A program made the translations under genes and the position numbers. A DNA stretch of 24,000 nt from an uncultured Gemmatimonadales bacterium (GTDB taxonomy: Bacteria; Gemmatimonadota; Gemmatimonadetes; Gemmatimonadales; Gemmatimonadaceae): positions 51,156-75,155 of the forward strand of contig CAVXPN010000004.1 of NCBI GenBank assembly GCA_963763675.1, read 5' to 3'. Below, one piece after another: positions 8,078 to 16,258 of the stretch. Positions within the stretch are counted from its first letter, which is position 1. Each line of letters starts with the position of its first letter. The notes beneath the pieces were generated by a model. That model was not told the origin of the DNA. It worked only from the letters and a program-made list of their open reading frames with translations, and did not search any database.

Positions 8078-9178
8078 TTAGGCGGTGGCGACCTCCGGGT
8101 CGGCGTCGATCCGCGTGCGCACCCGTGCCGCAGCGTAGTCCGTCTCGTCGCGCCACATCACGTACAGCACGCCCGCGAGCCGGCGGGCGAGGGCGACCAT
8201 GGCAATGCGGGTGCCGCGCCGGACCGCGACGCGCGCGGCCCACGCCTGCAGTGGCGCGGCGTCCGGGTCGCGGCTCCGCTGGATGCGCCACGCCGCTTCC
8301 ACGAGCAGCCAGCGCACGCGCGGGCTCCCGGCCTTCGTGATGCGGCCGCGCTGCTGGCGTTCCCCCGAGCTACGCTCGCTCGGGACGAGTCCCAGGTAGG
8401 CCATCACCTGGTGCGCGTCGCGGAAGCGGGCGACGTCGTCGAGCGTCGCCACAAAGGCGGTCGCGGTCACCGGGCCGATGCCGGGCGCAGTCGTGAGGCG
8501 TTGGACCGTGGCGTCGGTGGCGGCGAGCGCCGTCAGGCGCTGGTCCGCTGCCGCGATCTCGGTGTTCAGCGGGGCCAAGACGGCGAGCAGCGGCGCGACC
8601 TCCGCGCAGAGGGCCGCCGACACGGCCCCGGTCGCGTCGAGCACAGCGAACTTGGCCGCGGTGCGCTCGGCCTCGCCGGTCGTGAGGCGCAGGCCGTCGC
8701 GCCGCACGAGGGCCTTGAGGACGGCGATGTAGCGTGTCCGCGTGCGGACGAGTGCGTCGCGCACCGCTAGCTCCGCGCGGACGTGGCGTTGCGCATCGGA
8801 CAGCCGGTGCGCGGGGCGGTACGCGCCCAGGCGGCACGCCTCAGCGAGGGTGCGCGCGTCGCGCTTGTCGGTCTTCACGCGCCGCGACCGCGTGGCGTAC
8901 ATCGGGGCGTAGTTCGGGTCGGCGACGACCACCGTGTGGCCGAGTGATTCGAGGTGGCGCGCGACCCACTCGCTCTCGGTCGAGGCCTCGAGCAGAACGC
9001 GGGCGGGCGGCCGGCCGCCGAGGACGGCCGTGAACTGCGGCCGCGTCGTCGCGATGCGCCGCTCGGTCACGGTGCCGTCGGCCGCGAGAACGCAGAGTTG
9101 GCTCTCGCGCTTGTGCAGGTCGAGCCCTATCGTGTCCACGAGTGTGGCGCGTGCAGCGGCAGCGGTCGGTCCTGGCAT
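8078..9178 (-). CDS. IS110-family transposase (IS1111-type)
   Basis: MPGPTAAAARATLVDTIGLDLHKRESQLCVLAADG (DEDD domain start) ... 'KTDKRDARTLAEACRLG' ... 'LTTAPGIGPVTATAFVATLDDVARFRDAHQVMAYLGLVPSERSSGERQQRGRITKAGSPRVRWLLVEAAW' (transposase_20). Confidence 0.95.
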   Translation of the reverse strand: MPGPTAAAARATLVDTIGLDLHKRESQLCVLAADGTVTERRIATTRPQFTAVLGGRPPARVLLEASTESEWVARHLESLGHTVVVADPNYAPMYATRSRRVKTDKRDARTLAEACRLGAYRPAHRLSDAQRHVRAELAVRDALVRTRTRYIAVLKALVRRDGLRLTTGEAERTAAKFAVLDATGAVSAALCAEVAPLLAVLAPLNTEIAAADQRLTALAATDATVQRLTTAPGIGPVTATAFVATLDDVARFRDAHQVMAYLGLVPSERSSGERQQRGRITKAGSPRVRWLLVEAAWRIQRSRDPDAAPLQAWAARVAVRRGTRIAMVALARRLAGVLYVMWRDETDYAAARVRTRIDADPEVATA

Positions 9179-9442
9179 CGGCTGGCCTCCCGGGCAGTAG
9201 TGCGGCCCCTCACGGGTGACCGCGTTAGTCACGTTGTGGCGCATCTCTATGGTGTGACCACGTCCCCGCGGAGGTCCAGCCCCCAGCCGCCGCTTCATCC
9301 CCTCTAACTTCGGCGTTGGGCAGCGAACCGGCCCTGTCCTGTGTGCGGCCTGCCCCGAGCCGGGTCGTGGCGCGCGGTGGCCCGCCCCTGAGTGGCTCCG
9401 CTCCGGACAGCGAACGACGACCGCCCGGTCGGTCGGTAGCGC

Positions 9443-9775
9443 GTGCCTTGTGACGCGCGCCGGCCGCCCCGTACCTTGCGGGTACGGCCCCGGGTGGCCC
9501 GCGCCCGGGGCGCCCCCGCGTGCCCTTCTCGCCCGCCCGTGCCTTCGCATTCGTCGCGCTCCGGCGCCCTCCGCGCATCCATTGCCGCTGGATCGCGCTC
9601 TGGCGCCCTCCCCGCATTCATCGCCGCCGGCGTCTGGCTCGCGTTGGCACTCCTGCTCCGACGCGACGGGGGGCGCCCGACCGGCATCCTCGTCCTCTAC
9701 GTCCTCGCGGGTGCGTGCCTCATCGCGGGCGTCGCCTTGGGCCGGCGGCAGGCCGGGCCCCGCGGTCCGGCATGA
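9443..9775 (+). CDS. Hypothetical small membrane protein (cassette-borne)
   Basis: C-terminal 'AFIAAGVWLALALLLRRDGGRPTGILVLYVLAGACLIAGVALGRR' suggests two TM segments; start uncertain. Confidence 0.4.
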   Translation: MPCDARRPPRTLRVRPRVARARGAPACPSRPPVPSHSSRSGALRASIAAGSRSGALPAFIAAGVWLALALLLRRDGGRPTGILVLYVLAGACLIAGVALGRRQAGPRGPA

Positions 9776-9850
9776 CGGAGCGCACGCCCGAGGCGCGCGG
9801 CCGGCGCCGACGCAGCGCCGTCGGCGAACGGCAGCGGTCCGCGTCGCGCT

Positions 9851-9970
9851 GCCCAACGAGGCGCTGCAGCAGTCGGCGTACGCGAGGACGCCCCGCTCCT
9901 CGGCGAGTTCCATCACACGCAATCCGCAACGCGCTTGGACAACGCCGCAGCTGAGCTTGAGGCGTTAGGC
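9851..9970 (+). other. attC-like site
   Basis: R'' GCCCAAC 9851-9857, left arm GCT(G)CAGCAG, right arm CAGCTGAGC, R' GTTAGGC 9964-9970. Confidence 0.85.
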
Positions 9971-9990
9971 GCCCAACACCCTTCCTGCTC

Positions 9991-10416
9991 ATGCCTGGGA
10001 CTTGGTGGCATCCCGCATTCCGGCCCGCCACCGTGCGGTGGGTGCGCCGCGCCTGGGCGCTCGCGGCCGTCGCCGCCGCGCTCGGGGGGCCGGGCGCGCC
10101 GGCGGGCGGGGCCGTCCCCCGGGCCGGTCGGCCCGCGGCTTGCCGCCGGCTCCCGCGGGCGACGGGCCACGACCTGGCGCTCGATGGCCGGCCCTGGGTC
10201 CGGCTCCGCGCGCGCGACAGCGTCGAGATCGGAGCCACGCGCGTCGCCGGCCGCCGCGGCGGCGCCCCGGCTCGCGGCGTTCGCTCGGGGCACGCCGGCG
10301 TACGCCGCGGCGGTGTTCTTCTCGTGGATGCAGGGATGCGACGGTGCTCCCGCGGGCGCTCTCGTCCGCGCGGCCCGTCGCGCCTGGAGAGCCCGCAACT
10401 GAACTTGAGGCGCTAA
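9991..10416 (+). CDS. Hypothetical protein reading through a decayed attC
   Basis: MPGTWWHPAFRPATVRWVRRAWALAAVAAALGG...; first ORF after R' of the previous attC, hydrophobic N-terminus. Confidence 0.35.
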   Translation: MPGTWWHPAFRPATVRWVRRAWALAAVAAALGGPGAPAGGAVPRAGRPAACRRLPRATGHDLALDGRPWVRLRARDSVEIGATRVAGRRGGAPARGVRSGHAGVRRGGVLLVDAGMRRCSRGRSRPRGPSRLESPQLNLRR

Positions 10417-10418
10417 GC
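10310..10418 (+). other. Decayed attC-like site
   Basis: Right half CGCAACTGAACTTGAGGCGCTAAGC matches other attC right halves but R' is GCTAAGC; left half keeps only GGATGCAGGGATGCG-like core. Confidence 0.6.
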
Positions 10419-10679
10419 GTCCTTACAGACCGTGCCTGCCCTATCAGGCGCGTCTCGCGTCTTCATCAGCGACCTACTTGCCCAAAGCTGCTGACTGCGA
10501 AAGATTTCTTCACAAACTGCACGCCGAAACGCGGTGACACGCGTCTCTCAGAGGTGGCCTCCTGAGACTGATGATGGCAGGCGCAGTGCTTTACACGTTG
10601 CATCCGAGCGAGATCCTGGGCGCACTTGGCAGGTACGGCTGTTGTCGACATCATCATCTCACTCAAGGAGGGCTGGTCT

Positions 10680-10802
10680 ATGATCAAGGCGGCGCGCGAG
10701 ATTCGTTCGTTCAAGTCGTGGATTCAGTGTACAAAGAACGGCATTATCGGTTCTTGGGAGGCCCACCTCCCGTCCGGGCTTAGCCCGCTGATGAGTCTGT
10801 GA
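10680..10802 (+). CDS. Small ORF, 40 aa, with strong Shine-Dalgarno
   Basis: AAGGAGG (10665-10671) 8 nt before ATG; MIKAAREIRSFKSWIQCTKNGIIGSWEAHLPSGLSPLMSL; its 3' end overlaps the ribozyme. Confidence 0.4.
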   Translation: MIKAAREIRSFKSWIQCTKNGIIGSWEAHLPSGLSPLMSL

Positions 10803-10820
10803 AACTCAGACGAAACGGAG
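10767..10820 (+). ncRNA. Hammerhead ribozyme (type III topology)
   Basis: GUC 10772-10774 | stem I CGGGC(UUA)GCCCG 10775-10787, CUGAUGA 10788-10794, stem II GUCUG(UGAAACU)CAGAC 10795-10811, GAA 10812-10814, stem III ACGG(AG) 10815-10820 with (CU)..CCGU 10767-10773. Confidence 0.85.
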
Positions 10821-10880
10821 TGAGCGTGCAGCGATCCCCGCGTTTGACATGCTACGGAGGCGACTGAGTTCCGGTCGGAC

Positions 10881-10977
10881 GCCTAACGTATCGTTGCAGC
10901 TGTCGAAGCGGCCCACGCGGTGTGCTCAATTCAGAGTCCCGAGTGGGCCGCTTCGCAGCTGAACTCCGGCGTTAGGC
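10881..10977 (+). other. attC-like site
   Basis: R'' GCCTAAC, arms GTT(G)CAGCTGTCGAAGCGGCCCAC / GTGGGCCGCTTCGCAGCTGAAC, R' GTTAGGC 10971-10977. Confidence 0.95.
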
Positions 10978-11013
10978 CGCAACACGCACGTGTGTTGAGG
11001 AGGGTTCCCGGAC

Positions 11014-11592
11014 TTGCCTACCGCTGCTGAGCACCTCACCACCTTGCGCGATCGTCTCGACGCGATCGACGGGGCCGCACGCGCCCTCGCCGCCCCTCTC
11101 GCGGCCGTGCAGCGACTGTGGCGGCCGGCGCCGGACCGCTGGGGCGTGGCCGACTGCTTCGAACACCTGATCGCCACCGGCGCGGCGTACTACCCCCGGG
11201 CCTCGGCCGCGCTCGTGGCGGACCGCCCGATCGAGCCCGCACGACGGGCGGCGCTCGCGGGCGCGCCGTACCGCTCGACGTGGTTCGGGCGCTGGTTCGT
11301 GCGGGCGGCCGGCCCTGGTGGGCGCCGCATCCGCGCGCCGCGCCCGTTCGTGCCGCCGCCGGCCCAGGCCGACGCGCCCGAGCGCTTCCTGGTGCAGCAA
11401 GGCGAGCTGCGGGCGATCCTGGCCGCGGCCGACGGTCGGGACCTCGGGGCGGTGCGGGTGCCGTCGCCCGTGAGCCGGCTGCTCACCTTGCGGCTCGGTG
11501 ACTGCCTCGCCATGCTCGTAGCGCACGAGGCGCGGCACCTCGCGCAGGCCGAGCGGGTGCGGGCCGAGCCGGGGTTCCCGCCTGCGGCCTAA
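11014..11592 (+). CDS. DinB-like family protein (cassette-borne)
   Basis: TTG start after GAGGAGGG; 'LTTLRDRLDAIDGAARALAAPL...RWGVADCFEHLIATGAAYYPR...LGDCLAMLVAHEARHLAQAERVRAEPGFP'; stop TAA inside R''. Confidence 0.75.
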   Translation: MPTAAEHLTTLRDRLDAIDGAARALAAPLAAVQRLWRPAPDRWGVADCFEHLIATGAAYYPRASAALVADRPIEPARRAALAGAPYRSTWFGRWFVRAAGPGGRRIRAPRPFVPPPAQADAPERFLVQQGELRAILAAADGRDLGAVRVPSPVSRLLTLRLGDCLAMLVAHEARHLAQAERVRAEPGFPPAA

Positions 11593-11705
11593 CGAGACGT
11601 TGCAGTTGTCGGGTTCGCCGGGACGGGCCGGCGTGCCCGCCGGCTGCGTCGCGCGCGACCGCGTACGCGCCCGGACAACCCGCAACTGAACTTGAGGCGT
11701 TAGCC
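11587..11705 (+). other. attC-like site
   Basis: R'' GCCTAAC, arms GTT(G)CAGTTG / CAACTGAAC, R' GTTAGCC. Confidence 0.95.
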
Positions 11706-11724
11706 GGCGCACCTACACCACCTC

Positions 11725-12237
11725 ATGCAACGCTCCAGACGCGTGCTCTCGACGTGGGCGACGCTGCCAGTCAAGTGGCTCTTCCCGCTGTGCTGGAGCC
11801 TCGGCTGGGGCGCCGGGACGGCCGAGATGCTCGCGCATCCCGAGACGACGCCGTACAACGGAGTCCCCGGCGCGGCCCCGCCCGGGTACGGGTGGTTCAT
11901 GCTCGCCCTCTGGGTGCTCGGGACCGCCTTCGTCTCGGCGTTCGGGTGGGGGCTGAAGCGCGTCATCCTGGACGGCGACGTGCTGGTGGTCTCGAACTAC
12001 CTGCGGCGCGTGCGCGTGCCGCTCGCCGACGTGGCGAGCGTGCGGCGCTCGCGCTTCCCGCACAACGGCGGGGTCGAGATCACGCTCGCGCACCCGACCG
12101 CGTTCGGGCGCCGCGTGCGGTTCGTCGCGGGTGGGCGGTACCGCGGCATCGATGGGCTCGTGGCCGACTTGGAGACGCGGGTGCGCGCGGCGCAGTCGCC
12201 GCCCTGCGCGGGGCAGGTGGGACACAGCTCCGCGCAG
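11725..12237 (+). pseudogene. Hypothetical PH-like membrane protein, 3' end interrupted by IS481-type element
   Basis: MQRSRRVLSTWATLPVKWLFPLCWSLGWGAG...VILDGDVLVVSNYLRRVRVPLADVASVRRSRFPHNGGVEITL...; ORF continues only into IS sequence. Confidence 0.6.
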
Positions 12238-13555
12238 TGTCCGGCCGGGATGATAGGTGACACTTCGTTCTCGGCTGATGGGTTACACCTGCCGGGGGTT
12301 GCGGCTCTTGTAGCCGTTCGCGTCGGTGATCTTGAGCGTGCGTTCGTCGAAGCGGCCGAGCACGAGTGGCCCGAACGCCACGTTCCATACGCCAGCGTCG
12401 ATCTCCTCGAAGCCGACGTACTCCTCACCGAGCACGTGGCTCACGTTCACCCACGCGTCGTACCAGCGCACGCCGCCGTTGCGGCTCACACGGCGCACCT
12501 CCCAGTGGGCCGGGTACTCGAGCGGCGGCAGGCGTGCGGGGTAGGGTCGTGGCGACGGGGCGTACCGGCTCGCAGGGGTGGCCTGGCCTAACGCTTCGTG
12601 CGGCCGCTCCTCGTTGTACTCGCGCCGGAAGCGGTCGAAGACGCGCTGCTGCGCGGCCATGGTGGCCGCCGCCGGTCGGGTCGCCTCGGCCTTGAGCGTG
12701 CGGTGCATGCGCTCGTGCTGCCCGTTCTGTTGCGGCGAGGACTCGGCTCGATCAGGTCGGGCAGGATGCCGAGGCGCACCCACCAGACGCTCAGCGTCGA
12801 GAGGCGGCCCAACGCGATGGTCGCGAACGGGACGCCGTTGTCGCTGCGGATGCGCGTGGGCAGGCCGTATTCACGGAAGAGCCGCTCGAAGACAGGTCGC
12901 GCACCGGCGGTCCGCGTCGAGGGGAGGCCGCGGCAGGCGAGGAGGACACGGCTGTACCCGTCGCAGACGGTGAGCGGGTAACAGTACACGCCGTCGCGGG
13001 TCTTGAACTCGCCCTTGAAGTCCGCCGTCCAGATCGCGTTCGGCGCGTCCATCGCCGCCGTGGGGCGGCCCGGGTGCCCGGGCGTGCGGCGCCGCGTGCG
13101 CGACGTGACCAGGCCAGCGCGCTTGAGCAGCGCGGCCGCCGTACTCGGGGCGGGGAGCCCGAGCCGCGGCCGGCGCGCCGCGAGCACCGTGAGCAGCTTC
13201 TTCGGGCCCCACGTCGGGTGCCGGCGCCGCAGCTCGCACAGGGCCGCAACGGCATCGGGCGCGGTCGCGTGCGGGCAGGTGTGCACCGCGTGCGAGCGCT
13301 CGGTCAGAGCGGTCGCGCCCTCGGCGGCGTAGCGGTCCCGCCACTTGTAGCCGGTCTTGCGACTGATGCCATACCGGCGGCAGAGTATGGCCATCTCCTC
13401 GGTCCCGCGGCGCAGGTCGGCCACGAACTGCAGGCGTTCGTCCATCGGGGTGATCTCGCTCCAGGGCATGGGCACCTCCGTCCCGGCTGGTGCCCGTAGT
13501 CTGGCGAGTGTCACCCATCAGCTCAGAACGTTCTGTTACCTATCAACCCGGATCA
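12238..13555. mobile_element. IS481-family-like insertion sequence
   Basis: Imperfect inverted ends: TGTCCGGCCGGGATGATAGGTGACACTTCGTTCTCGGCTGATGGGTTACAC (from 12238) versus reverse complement TGATCCGGGTTGATAGGTAACAGAACGTTCTGAGCTGATGGGTGACAC (from 13555). Confidence 0.8.
12283..13469 (-). pseudogene. IS481-family-like transposase, frameshifted
   Basis: 'MPWSEITPMDERLQFVADLRRGTEEMAILCRRYGISRKTGYKWRDRY', 'NAIWTADFKGEFKTRDGVYCYPLTVCDGYSR', 'FREYGLPTRIRSDNGVPFA'; then frame change to 'SSPQQNGQHERMHRTLKAEATRPAAATMAAQQRVFDRFRREYNEERPHEALG'. Confidence 0.9.
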
Positions 13556-13567
13556 TACCCGCGTGTC

Positions 13568-13685
13568 GCCTAACGTGGCGTTGCACTTGACGAGTACGCC
13601 GGGTGGAGACAGCGCGGCCGTCCAGTCCATCTTTGGCGGCGCGAATCGCGCACCCACAGCTCGCAAGTGAACTTGGGCGTTAGAC
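13568..13685 (+). other. attC-like site
   Basis: R'' GCCTAAC, arms GTT(G)CACTTG / CAAGTGAAC, R' GTTAGAC. Confidence 0.95.
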
Positions 13686-13708
13686 GACATCAAACTCTGG
13701 GGTATCGC

Positions 13709-14101
13709 ATGGCACCCGGTCCGGACGAAGCCGAGGCACACGAAGCGAGTCGCCGGACAACCACCCTCGGGTGGGGCGGCGTGCGGTTCTTGCCGGACGG
13801 GCGGACGGAGCTGGTTCCGGAGCCCGAAGCCCTCGCCCGCGCCATCCCGCATTGGGTCGCAATGCCGGAGCACCTCGACGACGCGGTCGCGATCTACCTC
13901 GGCGCCGTGACCCGACCCGAGCCGGTCGTGCGGGCGGCCGCGGTGCGTGCGTTCGGCGCGATCGCGGCACGGTATGAGCGCGTCCCGAAGCACGACGCCG
14001 TCCGGCGCGCCGCGGAGCAGGCGCGTGGCGATCCCGACCCGGACGTCCGCGCGGCGGCGGACGAGGCGGTCGCGGCACTCCGGCGGGTGCTGGGCTCGTG
14101 A
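13709..14101 (+). CDS. HEAT-repeat-like hypothetical protein (cassette-borne)
   Basis: MAPGPDEAEAHEASRRTT...'PVVRAAAVRAFGAIAARYERVPKHDAVRRAAEQARGDPDPDVRAAADEAVAALRRVL'. Confidence 0.65.
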   Translation: MAPGPDEAEAHEASRRTTTLGWGGVRFLPDGRTELVPEPEALARAIPHWVAMPEHLDDAVAIYLGAVTRPEPVVRAAAVRAFGAIAARYERVPKHDAVRRAAEQARGDPDPDVRAAADEAVAALRRVLGS

Positions 14102-14163
14102 ACCGCGCTGACGGGCCGGCCCCGCGCAGGAGAATGCGTCGGGCCGGCGCCCGTGCGCATGTC

Positions 14164-14280
14164 GTCTAACGTAGCGTTGCTGCTGTCAAGTATGCCGGGA
14201 CGTTCCGCTCCTCCGCGTCGCCCGTCGCACGCTATCGCCGTCTCTCTCCGAAAGCTTGCAGCAGAACTTTGGCGTTAGAC
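14164..14280 (+). other. attC-like site
   Basis: R'' GTCTAAC, arms GTT(G)CTGCTG / CAGCAGAAC, R' GTTAGAC. Confidence 0.95.
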
Positions 14281-14300
14281 AGCTACCCGCGATCTTTGTT

Positions 14301-15131
14301 ATGCCGGCTGACGATACTGACACGCTGAAGGCCCGAGTGGCGCGATGGTTCGCCAAATCTGGGTATCCTCTCGAGATGGAGGTCGCTGCACTGGTCGCGT
14401 CGCGCGGCTTCGCGGCGTATCGATCGGAGTATTACCTCGATCGCGACTCCGGCGATGCCCGAGAGATCGATGTGGTCGCGATGCTTGGGGCCAGCGTCGA
14501 GTCGGGCAAGTTTCGGCTGACAGCCGCGATCGAGTGCAAGACGTCGCGAGAGAAGCCGTGGGTCGTTCTGACAACCCCGTCGCAGACGTCTGATGACGTG
14601 CACATCACCGACCGAGCCGCTTCGAAAGCGGGAATCGAGTTCCTAACGCGCGTCGCATCCCGGGCCGACGTGCAGCAGCTACCCATCTTCCATCGCCCAG
14701 CACGCGCCGGCTACTCGGTAATTCGCGCGATGGCGGAGGACAATCAAGACGTGCCGTACAAGGCAATGATGAGCGCGGCGAAAGCCGCGCGTTCGCTCGC
14801 TTGGGAAGCATCGGGTATCTGGAGGAAGCACATCGTAGCCGAGGTCGTACTCCCCGTGGTCGTCATTGATGGGGAGATGTTCGAGTGTTATCTCGATGAT
14901 GACGGTACACGGGTGCTCTCCGAGACCGACCGGCAAGTCGTGTACTGGCGTAACCCAGTCGCCGGGCAGGTACATACGGTAATCACGGTGACGACGCTTC
15001 GCGCCTTGCCTGAGTATCTGGATGAAGTCGCCGACGCGTTCGACACCTTACATGACCTGTGCGCGTCCGACCTAGATGCCGCACTCGTGGCCACGCGGGC
15101 CACGCTCCCGGTAGAACCTCGGCCGGCATGA
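14301..15131 (+). CDS. PD-(D/E)XK-like (restriction-endonuclease-like) protein (cassette-borne)
   Basis: 'GFAAYRSEYYLDRDSGDAREIDVVAMLGASVESGKFRLTAAIECKTSREKPWVVL': D of EID and ExK of ECK in typical spacing. Confidence 0.65.
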   Translation: MPADDTDTLKARVARWFAKSGYPLEMEVAALVASRGFAAYRSEYYLDRDSGDAREIDVVAMLGASVESGKFRLTAAIECKTSREKPWVVLTTPSQTSDDVHITDRAASKAGIEFLTRVASRADVQQLPIFHRPARAGYSVIRAMAEDNQDVPYKAMMSAAKAARSLAWEASGIWRKHIVAEVVLPVVVIDGEMFECYLDDDGTRVLSETDRQVVYWRNPVAGQVHTVITVTTLRALPEYLDEVADAFDTLHDLCASDLDAALVATRATLPVEPRPA

Positions 15132-15146
15132 TACAGTGATCAAGCT

Positions 15147-15264
15147 GTCTAACGAGGCGTTGAAGCTGTCGGGTACGCCGGGACGCCCCTCGCCGGCCCT
15201 CGGCCCTGTCTCGCCTCGGCGCCGTCGCTCGCTCACGGCCCGCAGCTTAACTGTGGCGTTAGAC
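15147..15264 (+). other. attC-like site
   Basis: R'' GTCTAAC, arms GTT(G)AAGCTG / CAGCTTAAC, R' GTTAGAC. Confidence 0.95.
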
Positions 15265-15298
15265 GTCGACCAACTGACTCGTTTCTCCGGCATCCTGC

Positions 15299-15994
15299 AT
15301 GCGACGGGCGTGGTACCAGGTCGGCACGACGGGGCACTTCGGCTACCCGCAGCCCGAGGACGACTACCACGGTGCGACGTACGAGGCGTTCTGCCTTCGG
15401 TGCGGGGTCCACGGCCGGCAGCGCGCGCCGCTACGCGTCCGCACGGAGCCGACGCAGAAGCGGAGCCAATTCATCGCGCTACACTGGGTGTACGACGCGC
15501 TGTTCGTCCGGCCGGACGTCGTGGACGCGTTCCGCGGGGCCGGAATCACCGGCGCGACGTTCGGACCGGTCGTGCGCCACCGGACGGGTGAACCACTCGG
15601 GGGCTGGACGCAGCTGCAGGTCGCGCACGTCCTCCCGCTGGCACTCGATCGCGAGGGCGTCCAGCCGGTCACCTGCCGCCCCGAGAACGAAGAGGCCAAC
15701 GCCGTCGGCGACTGGACGCCAGCCAAGCGCTACCCGCGCGATTACCCGTACGGCGGGGCACCGAAGTACCACTTCCCGAAGCGGCCGCAGTTCGCGGCTG
15801 CGGCGTTCGCCGGCGCGCCCGACGTCGCCTACTCGGCGGAGTGGTTCGGGAGCGGCGGGGTTGCGTCGCGCATGGTACTCTTCTCCGAGCGGGTCATCGA
15901 CCTCGTCGAGGGGCACCGGTGGCGGGGTTTGTGGGCGCACGAGGTCGCGCTCGTGGAGTCCGGCGAGGCGCAGTTCCGCGCGTCCGACGTCTAA
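15299..15994 (+). CDS. Hypothetical protein with CxxC motif (cassette-borne)
   Basis: 'ATYEAFCLRCGVHGRQRAPLRVRTEPTQKRSQFIALHWVYDALFVRPDVVDAFRGAGITGATFGPVV'; stop TAA inside R''. Confidence 0.65.
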   Translation: MRRAWYQVGTTGHFGYPQPEDDYHGATYEAFCLRCGVHGRQRAPLRVRTEPTQKRSQFIALHWVYDALFVRPDVVDAFRGAGITGATFGPVVRHRTGEPLGGWTQLQVAHVLPLALDREGVQPVTCRPENEEANAVGDWTPAKRYPRDYPYGGAPKYHFPKRPQFAAAAFAGAPDVAYSAEWFGSGGVASRMVLFSERVIDLVEGHRWRGLWAHEVALVESGEAQFRASDV

Positions 15995-16105
15995 CGTGAC
16001 GTTGCTGCTGTCGAGTATGCAGGGACGCTCCGCTCCTCCGCGAGCCTCCTCGCACACGAGTCTCCCCACGCTGGCGCAGCTCGCAGCAGAACTGGGGCGT
16101 TAGGC
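15989..16105 (+). other. attC-like site
   Basis: R'' GTCTAAC, arms GTT(G)CTGCTG / CAGCAGAAC, R' GTTAGGC. Confidence 0.95.
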
Positions 16106-16258
16106 GGCTACCGTGCTCCCCATCGCATTCGCGCTGAGCGTTCCTGTCGCGACACCGTGACGCGCGCGCCCGGGCCCGCCCCTTGCGGCCGCGCGAGTGG
16201 GCGGCCAATATAGGCGGCCCCGTCCGGCCCCCCCCCCGTTCCGACTCGGAGCACTAGC

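Larger units (their letters stand above)
7817..9305. mobile_element. IS110-family, IS1111-type insertion sequence inserted in attC right arm
   Basis: Subterminal inverted repeats TGAAGCGGCGGC (7821-7832) and GCCGCCGCTTCA (9286-9297), 4 and 8 nt from the inferred ends; intact DEDD/transposase_20-type ORF; target arm restored exactly when removed. Ends uncertain by 1-2 nt. Confidence 0.85.

Noticed and set aside
10568-10600. Second CTGATGA as another hammerhead
   Set aside because: No stem II plus GAAA downstream and no suitable GUC/stem I upstream.
11713-12225. Long antisense and alternate-frame ORFs throughout the cassettes (e.g. 11713-12225 -, 15479-16069 -, 22284-23201 -)
   Set aside because: Typical spurious ORFs of high-GC DNA: low-complexity Arg/Pro/Ala composition, crossing attC sites, no recognisable motifs.
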